Shown in pieces: positions 15,440 through 25,604 of a DNA stretch of 64,000 bases. Each line of letters starts with the position of its first letter. The first letter of the stretch is position 1. Made by a program: the position numbers and the translations under genes. The notes beneath the pieces are model-generated. The model searched no databases, was not told the origin of the DNA, and saw only the letters and a list, made by a program, of their open reading frames with translations. Origin of the DNA: an uncultured virus (IMG/VR IMGVR_UViG_3300032135_000002) (taxonomy: Duplodnaviria; Heunggongvirae; Uroviricota; Caudoviricetes); IMG/VR virus record IMGVR_UViG_3300032135_000002. One strand, 5' to 3'.

Positions 15440-17286
15440 TTTGAATATTCTCGCGCGCTGCCGCCAGCTGCGGCTAACGGCAAATCCGGAGCCCAATCAG
15501 GTGGAGTAGACATAATCTCGAGCATAGTAGCCAGAGCCCAAGCTGCTTTGTCGTTAGGTACGACAGCGACAATCTCGTCGTGGGTCATCGTGGCTACGCG
15601 AATACCCGCGTCGGCTACCTTGAGCATCTGCTCAGCCACTACGTTACGGGCCAAAGCCTGTACAAAGTTCTCAGTCAGCAGCCCACCGTACAGCTTAGAC
15701 CGGCCATTCTTGTTCGCGTAGGTGACTTCGTTGGCGACAATATCGCCGTACATCTCGACAGCTTCACCTTCCAGCAGCGGATAGTGCAGGAACAAACCGT
15801 TGGGCAGGCGGGTATACCACTTGCCATAGTCCAAAGGACCTAAGCTGCCAGTCTTGCCTACGCACATGTTGGTCACTACTTTGTCCGCTTCTTTCCAATA
15901 CTTGACGATCTTGTGGTTCTTGGTCCGGTAAATCCTGACGATTGCCTTGCACTCGTCCAGTGTCAGATCTACTGGCGGGCCCATGGCGCCTAAGCGCAGA
16001 GTCTGCTGTAGTTTGTAAGCCCCCATACCAAACCCAAGACCCAACACACAGACCTTACCGATAAACCGCTGGTCTTTGGTGATCTGGTCTACAGGTACAT
16101 GGTAGATAGCCGAAGCCATCAGCACGTACACGTCTTCTTTCCTGCGGAACGCGTCCAGAATGTCATTCTGCCCAGCTACCCAAGCCAACATGCGGGCTTC
16201 AATCTGAGCGGAGTCGGCCACTACAATCTGATGCCCTGCCGGTGCAATAATAGATTTGCGTAGCTCACCACCACGCACGAAGTTTTGTAGGTTCAGCTTG
16301 TTGCCGCCAGACCACCGGTGCGTGTGAGCACCTGAATAGTGTAGTAACACAGGGAGTTTTTGGCCGTCACTACCGGCTTCGATTAAACGCTGGGCCCGAG
16401 ACTCGCCAATCGTAGATTTTACACGCAGCCGTGCTTCAGCCAGATCACGAATGTTTTCGCGTTCATGGGTCTGCAAAGCTTTAAAGCCGTCGTCTGTTTT
16501 AGCGAAAGCAAAAGTTTCTAGGCCCGTAGTAGGGCTAATCTTTGTTGGCGGCTCTACGCCGTGTTTACGTAGCACCATGGCGAACTTGTTGTTGCTCATT
16601 AACGAAGCAACTGGGATCTGAGCTTTATTAATTCGGAATTTTTTCTCGGCAATTTCGCGTTCCAGCTCTGCTTGTGCCCGTGGCTCGTCAACTTCAAGAA
16701 CAGGGTCGCAGAACATCCGTATGGTCAGGTCGACCAGCCGAAACTCGTCATGTGGAAAATGAGGCTCCATGACGTCAAAGATATTGCGCGTATCGTCTGT
16801 GTCGTCTATGCAGTATTCGCCGAGCTTTTTCTCTTGGATTTTAGGTAACGTGTAAATGTCCTTGGTGTTAGACAAGGCATCTTTCTTCACCTTACCTTTG
16901 AAACCGTGCAGCTTAGCGACGGTATTCAAGTCATGCCGCATGTTTGCCGGGTGCACGCCGCGCGACATAGACAGGCTATCCAGATAGAACCCCGGGATTA
17001 TGTCGTAGTGCTCAGACAGTATGAAACCGTCGAACGCCGTGTTGTGGCACAGCAGCGCTGTTTTTGACCAGTCAATTGCGCGCAACGCCATAATTACGTT
17101 GGCTGCGCCAGCAAACCACTTGGTAGGCAGGTCTCCTTTTTTAATCCCAACGCCGTGAACTTTGAAACGAGGGTCGCGAATGTACTCCGAAACGTTGAGG
17201 CTTCCCGAAAGTGTGAAGTCCTTACCGTAGAAAGTTTCAAAATCGAGAGTGACAATTTCATAGTCCACGCTGTTGATCGTGATCAT
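15436..17286 (-). CDS. DNA polymerase, family A, with 3'-5' exonuclease
   Basis: Exo motifs LDFET, HNTAFD, YCIDD; pol motif A DSAQIEAR, B RFIGKVCVLGLGFG, C THDEIV. Confidence 0.95.
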   Translation of the reverse strand: MITINSVDYEIVTLDFETFYGKDFTLSGSLNVSEYIRDPRFKVHGVGIKKGDLPTKWFAGAANVIMALRAIDWSKTALLCHNTAFDGFILSEHYDIIPGFYLDSLSMSRGVHPANMRHDLNTVAKLHGFKGKVKKDALSNTKDIYTLPKIQEKKLGEYCIDDTDDTRNIFDVMEPHFPHDEFRLVDLTIRMFCDPVLEVDEPRAQAELEREIAEKKFRINKAQIPVASLMSNNKFAMVLRKHGVEPPTKISPTTGLETFAFAKTDDGFKALQTHERENIRDLAEARLRVKSTIGESRAQRLIEAGSDGQKLPVLLHYSGAHTHRWSGGNKLNLQNFVRGGELRKSIIAPAGHQIVVADSAQIEARMLAWVAGQNDILDAFRRKEDVYVLMASAIYHVPVDQITKDQRFIGKVCVLGLGFGMGAYKLQQTLRLGAMGPPVDLTLDECKAIVRIYRTKNHKIVKYWKEADKVVTNMCVGKTGSLGPLDYGKWYTRLPNGLFLHYPLLEGEAVEMYGDIVANEVTYANKNGRSKLYGGLLTENFVQALARNVVAEQMLKVADAGIRVATMTHDEIVAVVPNDKAAWALATMLEIMSTPPDWAPDLPLAAAGGSAREYSK

Positions 17287-17293
17287 GCAGGGC

Positions 17294-17467
17294 TCACTTC
17301 TTTTGGATGTGTACGACTTGGCCGCGCTTTCTGGCGACGAGAGTTAACTCCCCTTGAGGGGTCTCGTATTCTAAAGTGAAATCGGTTCCCTTTTCTGCAT
17401 GTTTCACAGCATCGTGCGCACATTGCCACTCTTCGATGGTTTTAATGCCGTGGAGAACTATTTTCAT
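17294..17467 (-). CDS. Small hypothetical protein (57 aa, not in ORF track)
   Basis: MKIVLHGIKTIEEWQC...; ATGA overlap with the helicase stop. Confidence 0.55.
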   Translation of the reverse strand: MKIVLHGIKTIEEWQCAHDAVKHAEKGTDFTLEYETPQGELTLVARKRGQVVHIQKK

Positions 17468-18861
17468 GGTCCGAACACCGATTTCATAAGGTCTAGAAAA
17501 GTTAGCTGGCGGGCGTCTTTGTCCATCAGCTTCTGGTACACCGTTTCTTCGATAGTGTTTTTAGCAATAATCACGATTGTTTCAGTGTTGAGTTTTTGAG
17601 TAGCCCGGTAAATGCGCCGGTTACCTTGAACAAAGTGCTCAAGGTTGTAGGTAGGGCTCGCCCAGATAGTCGTGGTGCCTTTGGTCAACGTCAGCCCGTG
17701 CGCAGCGCTTTGCGGGTGGGCAAGCAGAACTTGGTAAAACCCCGCTTGATATTCGTCGACTGCTTTTTTACGGTCGCTGTCTTTAACGGAGCCGTCGATT
17801 AAAACGTACTTTATGCCCCGTCTTTCAAACTCAGCGATTAAGTTATTGCGCTGGTGGATCCAGTTGAAAAATACAATGCTGTGCTTCCGGTCTTCGACAA
17901 GCTCACCAACGAGCTCGTAGCGCCCTGTGTCGATGTTTACAAACTGGCCTGTAGGGACGTCACCCTCTAAGTCTGGTTCCGTGTTGTACACTGCGCCAGA
18001 GGCTATCTGAAGAAGCTTAGTCGCTACAGAGGCTGCGTTGACAGCGGTTACTATCTCGTTGCTTTGGGTCAGAGCTATGCCTACCCGCTCCATATCCGTA
18101 TAAGCTCGCCGTTGCTTAGCGCTTAAAGCGTAGTTCACAGAAAACGTGTGGTTCGGCGGAATGCTCAAGCACTCTTCAAACTTGTGCCTGACAGTGATGT
18201 CGCTAAGCAACTGAGAAACTGAGAGCTCCGCGCCTTCTTTGTCTTGCCATTTAAGCATATTGGCACTTGGCCCGACTTGTACAGGCTCACATACAGCAGC
18301 GCGAAACTGATAAAATGAGGTACCCAGTCGCACACCGTCGTCGATAAGAAACGCCGGATGCCACACATCTACGATAGAGTTTGCGTTTGGCGTGCCTGTC
18401 AGTCCTGCACGATACCGGAAGAATTTTTTAATCTTATTTACAGCCTTGGAGCGCTGGCTAGTCTTATGTTTGAACGTCGATATTTCGTCGATAATAAGAG
18501 TGTGGAAAGACGCAAAAAATGCCGGTTTCTGTTTGGCTAACCAATTGGCAGCATCGGTATTGGTGATGTAGACATCTGCAGGGACTTGAAAGGCCTTCTC
18601 TCGATTTGAGGCCCGGGCCACTGAGCACACTAGCTCGGGTGCAAATTTCTTGATGTCGTCTTCCCATGCCGATTCCAACAGAGTTTTTGGGGCAATTATT
18701 AGCGCTTTGCCCGGATCATGTTTGATTCGTTGACGGTAGGCTTCGATCTGCACACGCGTTTTGCCAGTGCCCGGGTCCGAAGTGTCTAAAATACGGTCGC
18801 ACTTGGCTATGCGGTCAACACTTTGCTGCTGATGCGCAAATAACGGAGGTATTTTAGGCAT
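17464..18861 (-). CDS. SF2 (SNF2-like) helicase
   Basis: DPGTGKT, IIDEIS, LTGTP, HGLTL, QGNRRIYR. Confidence 0.92.
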   Translation of the reverse strand: MPKIPPLFAHQQQSVDRIAKCDRILDTSDPGTGKTRVQIEAYRQRIKHDPGKALIIAPKTLLESAWEDDIKKFAPELVCSVARASNREKAFQVPADVYITNTDAANWLAKQKPAFFASFHTLIIDEISTFKHKTSQRSKAVNKIKKFFRYRAGLTGTPNANSIVDVWHPAFLIDDGVRLGTSFYQFRAAVCEPVQVGPSANMLKWQDKEGAELSVSQLLSDITVRHKFEECLSIPPNHTFSVNYALSAKQRRAYTDMERVGIALTQSNEIVTAVNAASVATKLLQIASGAVYNTEPDLEGDVPTGQFVNIDTGRYELVGELVEDRKHSIVFFNWIHQRNNLIAEFERRGIKYVLIDGSVKDSDRKKAVDEYQAGFYQVLLAHPQSAAHGLTLTKGTTTIWASPTYNLEHFVQGNRRIYRATQKLNTETIVIIAKNTIEETVYQKLMDKDARQLTFLDLMKSVFGP

Positions 18862-19162
18862 TTTTTTGGACAACTACGTCGAGCGAAAATACATCATTAG
18901 AATTAAGGTGGTAGTTCATATGGGGTCCTGAGATAGTCATAGGGGTATTTATAGCCTCAGACTCGAACTTAATCTTCATACCTTCAAAAAACATAGTCCC
19001 ATAAATAAAAGGCACTGGTATCTTATATTCTATGTCGTAGGCTAGAGTAACTCCGTGCATAGTATCTATGCGGCAAGTAGCTTCGGTACTAATCAGCCTG
19101 ACTCTTATTGTTTTGGGCAAAAACGACTCTAGAACTAGCTCCATTGCTTCGCCACCTATCAT
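18854..19162 (-). CDS. Hypothetical protein
   Basis: ORF in operon. Confidence 0.5.
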   Translation of the reverse strand: MIGGEAMELVLESFLPKTIRVRLISTEATCRIDTMHGVTLAYDIEYKIPVPFIYGTMFFEGMKIKFESEAINTPMTISGPHMNYHLNSNDVFSLDVVVQKNA

Positions 19163-19267
19163 CGTGTTTAGGGCACCACTTTTTTACGTATCCGCCTACT
19201 TCGTAATCTTTACGGACGGACTCGGTGTTCATTCGTGTAGCAATGACGCATCCACATTTGAGAGTGC

Positions 19268-19603
19268 TCATTTACCCAGTAGCTCAGCAACTTTTTTATC
19301 ACACGGACTGTCAAGAGCAGGAAAAACTCCAGTCCTAATACAGGCTTCAAACACTTTGAGCATAGTGCGCATTTCGTCGCGCTCGTTTTTAAAGCGCCCC
19401 ATGTGTCCGCGGTAGCTGGCAGAACGGCGCTTTTCTTGAGCCAGCTCAGCGGCCCTACTGTTTTCTTGGGTTTTGTTCCGGCCTTCTACAGCGTCAGCAA
19501 TTCGTAATATGGCGCCAAGCTGTACTTGCAAAAGGGATAATCTCCCCGGTTGGTCAGTACCGTAGTTTTTACGGGACTCTTCTTTATAGCTAGTATGTGT
19601 CAT
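19268..19603 (-). CDS. Hypothetical protein
   Basis: QLGAILRIADA motif; ATGA coupling. Confidence 0.6.
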   Translation of the reverse strand: MTHTSYKEESRKNYGTDQPGRLSLLQVQLGAILRIADAVEGRNKTQENSRAAELAQEKRRSASYRGHMGRFKNERDEMRTMLKVFEACIRTGVFPALDSPCDKKVAELLGK

Positions 19604-19989
19604 TTAGGGAACTCCAAAGTTTCTTCGAAAGTCTTTTTCCTGTCAATTCCTCCGCAGCTTGCGATATACAGCATCAGTTCTTTTAAAGGCACGTAACTGT
19701 AAACTTCAGGGGCAGGGTCGCCGTACTTACCAAACACGTCGGGTGGTAGTTCTATTTCTGACATAACTTCGACGTGTGTGTAGCTGTCAGAAGCTGCAGC
19801 AGGGCGAGAATATATCCAAAGCCCTGCTTGAACAGACAGCCATGAACCATCCATAAGGTACAGTCGCGGCATGCTGAGTATTCTTTCGATTGTCATTACG
19901 CCGAAACGGGTTTGCGTAGGTCGCGCACCAAGCATTTTGTCCAAGGACATTGCTTTGAATTCTTCGGGGATAGTGTAATCGTGAATCAT
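19600..19989 (-). CDS. Hypothetical phage protein
   Basis: DGSWLSVQAG..YSRP...Y.HVEV...VY.YVP...GG pattern; coupled overlaps. Confidence 0.65.
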   Translation of the reverse strand: MIHDYTIPEEFKAMSLDKMLGARPTQTRFGVMTIERILSMPRLYLMDGSWLSVQAGLWIYSRPAAASDSYTHVEVMSEIELPPDVFGKYGDPAPEVYSYVPLKELMLYIASCGGIDRKKTFEETLEFPK

Positions 19990-20693
19990 TGAATACCTAC
20001 CTTACAGTGGCCGGTGCCTTTTGGGCCGTACGGGCACCATTTGCAATTGAACATGTTGGGTTTGGCTGGGAACTCAGTGCGGTCGGTAAAAGCATGCCCG
20101 CGGCGATCCCATACGGGGAACGTCATCATCCCGCGCTCGCGAGTGTAGGTTGTCTGGGATATGTCATTGGTGTCTAGGTACCACAGTTCTGTGTGGATAG
20201 TTTCCAAGTCTGGGTACCGTAGAAACGCAGCCAGCTGGTACAACTGACACTGTTCTGCGTGCTTAATCTCGTTGCCGTATTTTTTGCCAGTCTTGTAGTC
20301 AATAACAACGGCTTCAGTAGGGTTTAGAAACACCAGTGCGTCGAGCTTAATACGGGCCCATGCGTCACGAGAACGCCACTCGACAGGTTCCCAGTCTTTG
20401 TTAAAGCCCCACTCGCCTTCCAGAGAGACTTTGCCGTCTTTGTACAACGCGCTAAGCACTTGAAACTCAGGTGCGTAGTTCTCCATTTCAGGCAAAAACA
20501 ACCCAGTGCCTTGAACATACAGCTCGGCGCCGTTATGGACTCGGTTACCACGCTCATTGGCTTGTTCAGTTTTCCCGGGCGGTAGGTCTCGTTGAGGTTC
20601 TGGAATTCTGTCAGCGAACGCCAGCCGCGCACGGTACGGGCACTGCTCGCCTATGATCAGACGAGAAAAACTCCAAGCCGATAAACGTGACAT
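19986..20693 (-). CDS. Cas4/RecB-like PD-(D/E)XK exonuclease
   Basis: QCP, RGNRVH, KLD...IDYKTG, QCQLY, CKWCPY...C. Confidence 0.9.
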   Translation of the reverse strand: MSRLSAWSFSRLIIGEQCPYRARLAFADRIPEPQRDLPPGKTEQANERGNRVHNGAELYVQGTGLFLPEMENYAPEFQVLSALYKDGKVSLEGEWGFNKDWEPVEWRSRDAWARIKLDALVFLNPTEAVVIDYKTGKKYGNEIKHAEQCQLYQLAAFLRYPDLETIHTELWYLDTNDISQTTYTRERGMMTFPVWDRRGHAFTDRTEFPAKPNMFNCKWCPYGPKGTGHCKVGIQ

Positions 20694-20724
20694 AAAAATC
20701 TCCGCAAAAAGAGAAGTTATGATA

Positions 20725-21729
20725 TCACAAGGAGTTTTCTAAGGCTTCTCTTGCTTGCTCCTGAGTTATTTTCCTGTAGAAATCAGCTCCGTACGCTTGC
20801 CGCATTGCCGGTTTTATACGGATTAGCGCGGCTTCAAAGTCCTGATATTTTCGCATTGGGGGCGTTTCATTGTATTCCTTGAGTCTTTTGTTTACGCGAG
20901 CGGTGGTGTCTTTTATGAAAGTAGTTACGTGGGCTTCCAAATTTGCATGGTCAAGAAAAGCCGATTCTTGCTGAGGGCGTAAAAACTCTGTGTGTATTTG
21001 ATGAAACCCAATAACAGCGGCCAGCGAATCTAAGGACTCAGTTTCTGCGTTAACTAACAGCTTTAAAGCGTGCGAAGCCACGCTCTGCGAATACCCGCCG
21101 TGAAAATAAGACCCTAGATACGACGATCTAGCGACTAGCTCTCGTAGCGAATTTTGGTTACCCTCGCTAGAACGCCCTGCAACTATGTTTTTAGCCAGAG
21201 TTTCTGGCGTCATTGAAAAACTTGCGCCTAGTTTGGCCCGAGTTTTGAGCATGTGGCGTTTTTCACGGATCAGTTTGTTCAGCGCTTTTCGCTTTTCAGG
21301 GTCGTAATCCAGTATTTGAGGAGCTGCAACTGCTGTAAAACCAACGCCCCACTCATAAGTAGCGGGGAATGGAGTCACTACTTGGTGGTTGTCGCTGGCT
21401 TGTACTTTTAGCCCTGAACTAAAAGGGGTCCCTGAAAGTGAACGTACGACAATATTGAACACGTTTAAAATAACGTCGCCGTGCAGCTGAGTAAAATACT
21501 TTGTCATTACAAAACGTTCTGGCGTAATTATAGCCAAAATAAGTGAGTTTTCAGGGACAAAACCCGCCTTGTCAAAAACTTGACGCATAGTGTGTGCTGG
21601 GCGGTAACAAGTCAGGACGTTTGCGCTCGCATCGTAATGCAGGTACTCAGAGCTCCCAATCTTTTTGCCTTTTTTCTGAACGCCGGCACGGGACGCGATC
21701 TTTTTTAGCTGTTCGAATGAATGAATCAT
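20725..21729 (-). CDS. Hypothetical protein (334 aa)
   Basis: Long ORF with SD GAGG. Confidence 0.7.
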   Translation of the reverse strand: MIHSFEQLKKIASRAGVQKKGKKIGSSEYLHYDASANVLTCYRPAHTMRQVFDKAGFVPENSLILAIITPERFVMTKYFTQLHGDVILNVFNIVVRSLSGTPFSSGLKVQASDNHQVVTPFPATYEWGVGFTAVAAPQILDYDPEKRKALNKLIREKRHMLKTRAKLGASFSMTPETLAKNIVAGRSSEGNQNSLRELVARSSYLGSYFHGGYSQSVASHALKLLVNAETESLDSLAAVIGFHQIHTEFLRPQQESAFLDHANLEAHVTTFIKDTTARVNKRLKEYNETPPMRKYQDFEAALIRIKPAMRQAYGADFYRKITQEQAREALENSL

Positions 21730-21740
21730 GTAAACCTCGT

Positions 21741-22100
21741 TTATTCTGGCGTGCTTTGTAAGCTGTCAGGATGAACTGCAAATGCAGCAACTGCTGCGCT
21801 ACGAAGATGCCCTCGAATTGCTTCAAGTTTTTCTTCAAGTGTTGTGATGCGAGCGTCACGCCAATCAGGCATTTTTTCTGCTTTAAAAGCAGTCTCTACA
21901 GACTCGTCACTTACGTAAGACAGTTCCGAAAACCCAGAAAGTGAGTACCCAATTAACTGCGCAAACTGTTCGCGGTCTTCGTTAGAAAAGTCTTCACGCG
22001 CCAAATCATTAAGGTCTTTTCCGCCATTATCCAGCAGCCATCTGACCATATCGTTTTTTACAAAACGATTGTCTTCCACTTTTTGCATAGGGTGTTTCAT
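21741..22100 (-). CDS. Hypothetical phage protein
   Basis: KHPMQ...RF..N..V...QFAQLIGYSLSGFSELSYVSD; SD GAGG. Confidence 0.75.
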   Translation of the reverse strand: MKHPMQKVEDNRFVKNDMVRWLLDNGGKDLNDLAREDFSNEDREQFAQLIGYSLSGFSELSYVSDESVETAFKAEKMPDWRDARITTLEEKLEAIRGHLRSAAVAAFAVHPDSLQSTPE

Positions 22101-22112
22101 GTAAACCTCGTT

Positions 22113-22580
22113 TTAGCAGTCGAACCAATAGATAACTCGGTAATTGTTGATAGTTTCTGGGCTGAACCCTTCTTGGTGCACAGACAAAGGCAGATTTTGC
22201 AATTTACGCTGGGCAGTTAGCCCAGCTGGCTGAGTAGCATGGGCGTGGGCGTTGAAAAAATCTTCTAAGGAGCAATGCCCTAAGCTGTGAGAATCCCCGT
22301 CGCAGGTAGCCTCAACAGCTAATTCAGTAGCTTGGTCAGGCAAACCCGGCGTGCCAAAAGGCCCGTGTACAGGTGATCTACGCACATCGGCTAGTTCCCC
22401 AAAAAAGTTGTAATCCCTGTCAGAAAAGTTGTCCCAAAACTCACAATGAGTATCGGGCACAGCTTTATCTGGAAACCCCGGAAGATGCTGGCCGTAGCGC
22501 CCATCAGAGGCGTAAATTTTCACGTATTTGTTTTGGTATTCGTGCTTACCTTCGATAACAAAATGAATGTCGCAGCCCAC
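22113..22580 (-). CDS. Hypothetical phage protein
   Basis: MGCDIH...RDY.FFG.LA.VR...GLP...HS...RVIYWFD pattern. Confidence 0.75.
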   Translation of the reverse strand: MGCDIHFVIEGKHEYQNKYVKIYASDGRYGQHLPGFPDKAVPDTHCEFWDNFSDRDYNFFGELADVRRSPVHGPFGTPGLPDQATELAVEATCDGDSHSLGHCSLEDFFNAHAHATQPAGLTAQRKLQNLPLSVHQEGFSPETINNYRVIYWFDC

Positions 22581-22593
22581 GTCGAGTTACTCC

Positions 22594-23757
22594 TTATTTT
22601 GCAATGATCAAATGCTCACCGATAGGCGGCACAACGTCGTAGTTGTCGATGCACCACATGGTTGGAAAGTCAGGCTCGTCAGGAAACGGTCCGTAGCCGT
22701 CTGTCAGATAAACGGCGCACTTAGGCACGATGTTATTGTCCTCTAGCCACTTAAACGGTGGCCGGAAGTCAGTGCCGCCGCCGCCGTGCAGCTTGAACTT
22801 AATGTCGTCGTCCGGACCAAACTGGTCAACATGCTGGACTCGTGCATCGCAGTAAATCACGTAGGTGGTCACGGGACGCAGCTCGCGAATAACACCAAGT
22901 GCCTCGGAAGCGAATACGTCGAGCTCTTCCTGACCAACGGAACAGGAAGTGTCGATCATAATGGCTATGTCACCGGTGCCTTCGGACTCACGGCTTGGCA
23001 AATACAAGCCTTGTGAGATAAACCGGCGATTGCCACGGCGCCAAGAGAAGTCGTCGTTGGCCCGCTCGGTCATAAAGCGACGCAGAATGTCTTTCCACGG
23101 CAATATAGGCTCGAAAATATCCTGCATCATGCGCTCGATGTCCGCCGGCAGGTTACCGGCTTGCTTAGCGACGTGAGCAGCTTGAGCTACTGCAGTCTTC
23201 CACTCGGATTCTTCGGCGCGCTGCTGTGATTGCGTACCTCCCGAGTTCTGGCTTTCTGGGCTGTCGTTTACTCCGCCGTCGTCGCCTTGACCCTGGCCCT
23301 GGCCTTGGCCATCGCCTTCGCCTTCGCCTTCGCCTTTACCGTCGCCCTTATCGTCATTGTCTTCTACAGGGATGAGCGTGTAGATGTGCTCGGCGGTCAT
23401 GCCCCGGTATTGAGCGTCGTTGTATTTACCGGTGGGCAAGTCGAACCCAGCATCTGTTAACAGGCCGTTGATTGAATGGTCGCATGCCTCGTTCCAGCGC
23501 TTCTTGTCGCGCGCTCCACGGCGTGTATGGTGGAGCATGGCCGGATGCATGACCAGATGCGCGACCATGCCAGTAACCTTGCTGAGGGGCGCCTTATTTA
23601 CCCATTCTGGGTTATAACGAATGATCTGGCCGTCTGTGTCGCCATGCTCAACGTCAGTGGACTCTTCCAGCTTCATACGAAGTGCCAGAGAGCCAAAGAA
23701 CGGTTGGGCCATGATCAGGTTAGCCCGGGCTTTTGCCATCTTTGTGTTAATCGCCAT
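22594..23757 (-). CDS. DUF2201-type metallopeptidase-like + VWA protein
   Basis: TDG..I.YNP, HLVMH, WNEACD, acidic Gly linker, DTSCS, GGGTDFRPPF, YLTDGYG. Confidence 0.88.
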   Translation of the reverse strand: MAINTKMAKARANLIMAQPFFGSLALRMKLEESTDVEHGDTDGQIIRYNPEWVNKAPLSKVTGMVAHLVMHPAMLHHTRRGARDKKRWNEACDHSINGLLTDAGFDLPTGKYNDAQYRGMTAEHIYTLIPVEDNDDKGDGKGEGEGEGDGQGQGQGQGDDGGVNDSPESQNSGGTQSQQRAEESEWKTAVAQAAHVAKQAGNLPADIERMMQDIFEPILPWKDILRRFMTERANDDFSWRRGNRRFISQGLYLPSRESEGTGDIAIMIDTSCSVGQEELDVFASEALGVIRELRPVTTYVIYCDARVQHVDQFGPDDDIKFKLHGGGGTDFRPPFKWLEDNNIVPKCAVYLTDGYGPFPDEPDFPTMWCIDNYDVVPPIGEHLIIAK

Positions 23758-24598
23758 GTTTTACTCCAGAATTTGCCAGTATTACGTTGAGTTTGTCAGC
23801 TATTTCTCTACGAAACGTAGAGCTAAGCCGAATTTTGTCAGCGCTTACGTCCTGCATAGTGCTGATCACTGCGTTGGCCAAGAATGTGACTTCTGGGTCA
23901 TCGTTGATGTTCAGGTCGTTGGCCAGATTAGCCATGTCAGGAACAGCTGTGACAGTCGTTTCAAAAACGCTACGCGATGGTGTTTTCAAAGCTTGATGCA
24001 ATAGCTGAACACGGTCGCGTATCCGCGTAATCAAAGCTTGTGACGCCTTATCCATCGCAGAGCCAACTGACGCTCGTGCCTGTTCACGCAGAGCTTCCAT
24101 ATCGTTTTCGGACACGCTGTCGATTCGAAAATCCTCAACTTCTGGGAACGGGGTAATATTGAGCTCAACACCAAAGTGGTTTTTAAGTCCCTGCTGACTA
24201 GGGTACTGAGTCTCGTCAAACAAGCCTTTCTTGGACTGCTTGGCGTGCTCAACCCAACGTGGATAATTATCGACAAACAACTGCACTGAGCGGTCGAAAT
24301 CATCACGGAGAGAGCTGAGCTGAGTCATAAATTTCAGGTATGACTTTGAAGGTAGAACTCGGATGCCGTTGTCTTGCCACGGCAACGTGTTTTTGCTGAT
24401 AAAGTCTCGGATATCCCGGGCGTTTCTGCGGATCGCTTGAAAAGCTGCCGGGGGCAGTAGATTCTTGACGTAAGAATCGTAGGTGTCTTGAACACCGTAT
24501 TTTGCGGCTACTTCATTCGCTACGTTGTCGTCGACATAGCGTCCGCGCCACTGACTGATAGTCACATGGACGAGGACGGCTCGGTTATTTAGTGCCAT
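23747..24598 (-). CDS. DUF3150-like protein
   Basis: TLPWQDNGIRVLP...Y...F....YP; within the MoxR/VWA cluster. Confidence 0.6.
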   Translation of the reverse strand: MALNNRAVLVHVTISQWRGRYVDDNVANEVAAKYGVQDTYDSYVKNLLPPAAFQAIRRNARDIRDFISKNTLPWQDNGIRVLPSKSYLKFMTQLSSLRDDFDRSVQLFVDNYPRWVEHAKQSKKGLFDETQYPSQQGLKNHFGVELNITPFPEVEDFRIDSVSENDMEALREQARASVGSAMDKASQALITRIRDRVQLLHQALKTPSRSVFETTVTAVPDMANLANDLNINDDPEVTFLANAVISTMQDVSADKIRLSSTFRREIADKLNVILANSGVKHGD

Positions 24599-25223
24599 AA
24601 ATCATCCGCTCCTTAGCTAAGCTAGCTTTTATAGAATCGTCGATGTTGATTTCTTGAACGATGTTTTTTCGTTTTTCTGTAACCTCGCGGTGTTTGCGTA
24701 CAACGTATTCCGGCATAAAATCTATGGCAGAAGGCCACAGCTCGAGCACTTGGCGCAGTGTGCTGCACTTATTCATTACGCCAGCACACAAGGTTTCTTG
24801 TAGATTGGCGTATTCGTCGTTGATCGATTTTACCCGCGCAAAAATCTTTTCCATGTGCGCGTAGAGTTCCGGATATTTGTCCTCAGTAACCCTTACGTCT
24901 GGCTGAAAATAAGTCGCCGAATATTTTTGGGGGACGTAAACACTTTCATGGAGCACAACCTGAATGCTGCCGGAACCTGTGCGGAGCCCAAAATTCTTCC
25001 GTGAAAAAACCCAGTCGTAGTGCTCCGGATCGCTTTTGCTTATTTCATTGACCGCAGTTTCTACTACGTCAAAAAGCATTTCTTTTTTGACTGCTGCTGT
25101 ACACAACGCGACGTCTAAGCTGGCTATTTGAGTTGCCACTCGACTGGCCCGCATGTGTTCAAATTTCTGTCTTACATGCTGCTTTATATGTTGTGAAATC
25201 CTGACAGTTGCCATGATCACCAT
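24585..25223 (-). CDS. Hypothetical protein of the MoxR/VWA cluster
   Basis: MATVRIS...STLRQVLELWP. Confidence 0.65.
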   Translation of the reverse strand: MVIMATVRISQHIKQHVRQKFEHMRASRVATQIASLDVALCTAAVKKEMLFDVVETAVNEISKSDPEHYDWVFSRKNFGLRTGSGSIQVVLHESVYVPQKYSATYFQPDVRVTEDKYPELYAHMEKIFARVKSINDEYANLQETLCAGVMNKCSTLRQVLELWPSAIDFMPEYVVRKHREVTEKRKNIVQEINIDDSIKASLAKERMIYGTK

Positions 25224-25597
25224 CCTTTTAATTTACGGGCGGATAAGACTTTCAATGCTTTCTGAGAAAGTAAGCAGCCTTGATCCGCAGTTGCTTGGAT
25301 AACTTCAAAAAGCTTGTCTTGGGTTTGGTAAGGCCCATATCTACCGCGAATCCAAGATCCGCCATCAAGGGCCCATGCATAGTTTTTTCTTACCGCCAGC
25401 TCGTTATAAGCACCCATCCATCGAGGTTCCATAAACGCCCGGTAGTGGAGATCACTATCCGGGGCTTTCTGTTCGAGATGGATCAGAACACCAAGGATGG
25501 TGTAGAAAGGGCCATTAAATCTAAGCGAAAAAGCGCCGTTCGAAAGCTGCCAGCCTTCGCTGTAGGCTAGCGCTTTATCCTCTTCTGTCCATTTCAT
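25217..25597 (-). CDS. Hypothetical protein
   Basis: Two internally similar halves (W.....A...W). Confidence 0.6.
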   Translation of the reverse strand: MKWTEEDKALAYSEGWQLSNGAFSLRFNGPFYTILGVLIHLEQKAPDSDLHYRAFMEPRWMGAYNELAVRKNYAWALDGGSWIRGRYGPYQTQDKLFEVIQATADQGCLLSQKALKVLSARKLKGW

Positions 25598-25604
25598 GGC
25601 GGAC

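Noticed and set aside
19986..20693. Cas4-like gene as part of a CRISPR-Cas system
   Set aside because: No other cas genes or array; stand-alone Cas4-like nucleases are common in phage replication modules.
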